A stretch of 33,085 bases of DNA from a virus (taxonomy: Duplodnaviria; Caudoviricetes). The stretch lies in the IMG/VR virus record IMGVR_UViG_3300020044_009089, positions 1 through 33,085 of that record, one strand, 5' to 3'. Each line of letters opens with the position of its first letter. Position 1 is the first letter of the stretch. Position numbers and translations under genes: made by a program. The notes beneath the pieces are model-generated. The model did not search any database, was not told where the DNA came from, and saw only the letters and a list, made by a program, of their open reading frames with translations. Below, in pieces: positions 31,652 through 33,085 of the stretch.

Positions 31652-31849
31652 TTACTTGTTAAGGCCTTGACGGCGTGCAGCAGCGCACCCGTCATGGTAG
31701 CTGTTGTGGTATGCCATGAAGGCGGCGCCGAAGGTGCTGCTCATGGTGCTGTACGGATTTGCGTAGGTACCGGTGAGGCCGTCGTTAAAGCCTTGAGTGC
31801 GGATTGCGGCATACTTGCCGCGCTTGGTGGGGGTGTGTGTCGTTTCCAT
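31652..31849 (-). CDS. Small protein with an RMF-like motif (65 aa)
   Basis: Start METTHTP at 31849; GFNDGLTG..ANPY......AYHNSYHDG. Confidence 0.6.
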   Translation of the reverse strand: METTHTPTKRGKYAAIRTQGFNDGLTGTYANPYSTMSSTFGAAFMAYHNSYHDGCAAARRQGLNK

Positions 31850-31936
31850 GGGTGCTAAAATATAAAAAAAGTACACGCCGTCTGTTTTTTTTACGCTTGA
31901 CGCGCTAACTCGCTGTTTTTCAATTCAATTATTTTT
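31850..31936 (-). promoter_or_regulatory. Second early promoter, a diverged ungapped copy of the 203-289 module
   Basis: TATTTTAG five nt before the ATG; shared blocks at a constant offset of 31647. Confidence 0.7.
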
Positions 31937-32345
31937 ACTCGGCATGCAAAAAAGGCCCGACCGGGCGCACCTTGAGGCTGCCGGGGGTGCGCTCCAGCTC
32001 GTACAGCCCGTCGCCCTCCTGGGCACAAAGCCAAAGCACTGCGCCGGCTACATTTAGCGGCTCGCGCCCGTCCATGTGCACCGCCACCGTGTCGGGGTCG
32101 GCAAGTATGGCCTCGATTACACGCAAGCGGGGCAGCAGTGCAGGCGCCGGCTCGGGGTCGATGTAAAGCGCCACGTGATCGCGCCGCCAGTCGACACAAA
32201 AGCCAAGGCGCTCCAGCCGGGTCAGGTCGAGCAGCACGCTGGCGATGCTTGCGCCGGTGGCATGGGCAAGGTGTTGCAGCGCTTGGGGTGTTGCCTTGAG
32301 GCTGCGCACGATGCCGCGCAGGCGTTGCAGGTCGGTGATGGCCAT
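31935..32345 (-). CDS. Winged HTH domain protein (136 aa, MAITDLQ...)
   Basis: LQHLAHATGASIASVLLDLTRLERLGF; TACCTTGG seven nt upstream. Confidence 0.65.
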   Translation of the reverse strand: MAITDLQRLRGIVRSLKATPQALQHLAHATGASIASVLLDLTRLERLGFCVDWRRDHVALYIDPEPAPALLPRLRVIEAILADPDTVAVHMDGREPLNVAGAVLWLCAQEGDGLYELERTPGSLKVRPVGPFLHAE

Positions 32346-32403
32346 GGTGGCACCAAGGTAGCGCAAAAAGGCCGCCAGCTGGCACCGTTGCAGCTTTGTG
32401 CGC

Positions 32404-32434
32404 TTGCAGGTGTGGCCGACCTTGACTACTTTTG
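32404..32434 (+). promoter_or_regulatory. Plus-strand Bacteroidota consensus promoter TTG-N20-TACTTTTG
   Basis: TTG at 32404-32406 and TACTTTTG at 32427-32434, in an intergenic region. Confidence 0.65.
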
Positions 32435-32438
32435 TCGC

Positions 32439-32503
32439 TGGTTTTGGTATCCATTGTGTTCTTTGACGAAAAAGGGCGGCCAGTTGGTCGCCCTTTTCGT
32501 TTT
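32439..32503 (+). ncRNA. Candidate ~65-nt antisense sRNA
   Basis: Lies between a consensus promoter and a terminator; its 5' 22 nt are complementary to start regions of early genes. Confidence 0.55.
32466..32503. terminator. Bidirectional intrinsic terminator
   Basis: ACGAAAAAGGGCGGCC-agtt-GGTCGCCCTTTTCGTTTT. Confidence 0.8.
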
Positions 32504-32516
32504 CAGCCTTGCCAGC

Positions 32517-32732
32517 TCAGCTTTGGCTGGTCATTGCGTGCAGGTGCATGGCGTCACGTACACGGTCATACACGCATGCCAGCTCGTCCATGGTCAGCCG
32601 GGGGCCGATTAGCATAGGGTTGCCCACCCGGATACAATCGGGCAGGCGGGTGGCTTGGTAGCTTAGCTCGTACACCTCGCCATAAAGGTGCACGGTGGTC
32701 TTTTGGGTGGTGGTGTTGGGGGTGGTTTCCAT
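32517..32732 (-). CDS. Hypothetical early protein (71 aa, METTPNTT...)
   Basis: ATG ORF with an A/C-rich leader; followed by a terminator. Confidence 0.7.
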   Translation of the reverse strand: METTPNTTTQKTTVHLYGEVYELSYQATRLPDCIRVGNPMLIGPRLTMDELACVYDRVRDAMHLHAMTSQS

Positions 32733-32779
32733 TGTGTAGGAGTGTTGGGGTTGGTTTTGGTGTTGGTGTTGGTGTTGGT

Positions 32780-33085
32780 TTATAGTTCTAGGGCGTCGTT
32801 TGCTACATGCAACCGGGTGATGCGCACGCCCTCGTGGTAATGGGTGAAGGCTTCCAGGCTTTCGTTTGGGTTACGGGCAAGTATGCGCCACTCCACCTGC
32901 TCATGCTCGTCGAGCGGGCCGGTGAGGTTGCCGATATAGATGCAAAAGCTGTACGCCTTGCCCTCGAGGTATCCGATGCCGAAGTCGGTGTCGAAGTTGG
33001 CCGGCTCGTAGTAGGTTTCTGACCACTCGTAGGCCACGTCGGCACCCGGCTCGAGGTTGATGTAGTTGGCTTGGTCGAACCAATA
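32780..33085 (-). CDS. Hypothetical early protein, 3' part (starts at 202 across the junction)
   Basis: The frame is open through the terminal repeat. Confidence 0.8.
   Translation of the reverse strand, partial: YWFDQANYINLEPGADVAYEWSETYYEPANFDTDFGIGYLEGKAYSFCIYIGNLTGPLDEHEQVEWRILARNPNESLEAFTHYHEGVRITRLHVANDALEL
32965..33085. repeat. 121-bp exact direct repeat, right copy
   Basis: Identical to bases 1-121. Confidence 0.97.

Noticed and set aside
31891-32454. 187-aa ORF MDTKTSDK... as a gene
   Set aside because: It has Arg/Pro/Ala-rich off-frame composition, overlaps the wHTH gene and starts right after a terminator with no promoter. Its start region is better explained as the complement of the candidate sRNA, although a short translated leader is not excluded.
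32751-32779. (TTGGTG)n run or the 11-bp array at 29624-29711 as a CRISPR or mini-array
   Set aside because: The units are tandem with no unique spacers, and no cas genes are present.
336-33022. Plus-strand ORFs in the six-frame track (e.g. 14291..15247, 30711..31499)
   Set aside because: They are antisense shadows of GC-rich minus-strand genes and carry no recognisable motifs.
1-33085. Stop-codon reassignment
   Set aside because: The standard code gives dense, full-length, tightly coupled genes that end in TAA, TGA and TAG.

Overview
The window is a complete, circularly assembled genome (about 32,964 bp unique; bases 1-121 repeat exactly at 32965-33085) of a GC-rich siphovirus-like tailed phage. 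The host is most likely in Bacteroidota, judged from TAnnTTTG promoters, A/C-rich start regions without Shine-Dalgarno motifs, and Gln after predicted signal peptides. Every credible protein gene is on the minus strand. The order is: early and replication genes (ERF recombinase, initiator with internal 11-bp iterons, HTH proteins), DUF1064, ParB-like, Mom-like DNA adenine modifier, TerS/TerL, spanin-like pair, tail chaperone with a -1 frameshift, tail genes and tape measure, Clp protease, capsid, tail tube, portal, adaptor, fibres and lysis genes. I recognised no integrase, polymerase or reverse transcriptase. Four unexplained signals stand out. (1) A degenerate tRNA-Gly(TCC)-like cloverleaf with GlyRS identity elements lies inside the 3' end of the Mom-like gene and may be a dedicated glycyl donor for DNA hypermodification. 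(2) A plus-strand promoter-to-terminator unit of about 65 nt is complementary to the start-codon regions of several early genes and may be a trans-acting antisense repressor. (3) A second 76-nt tRNA-like cloverleaf ends one base before an ATG. (4) Promoters repeatedly sit only 4-8 nt before start codons, which suggests leaderless mRNAs. All family calls come from motif recognition by eye; no database searches were run.
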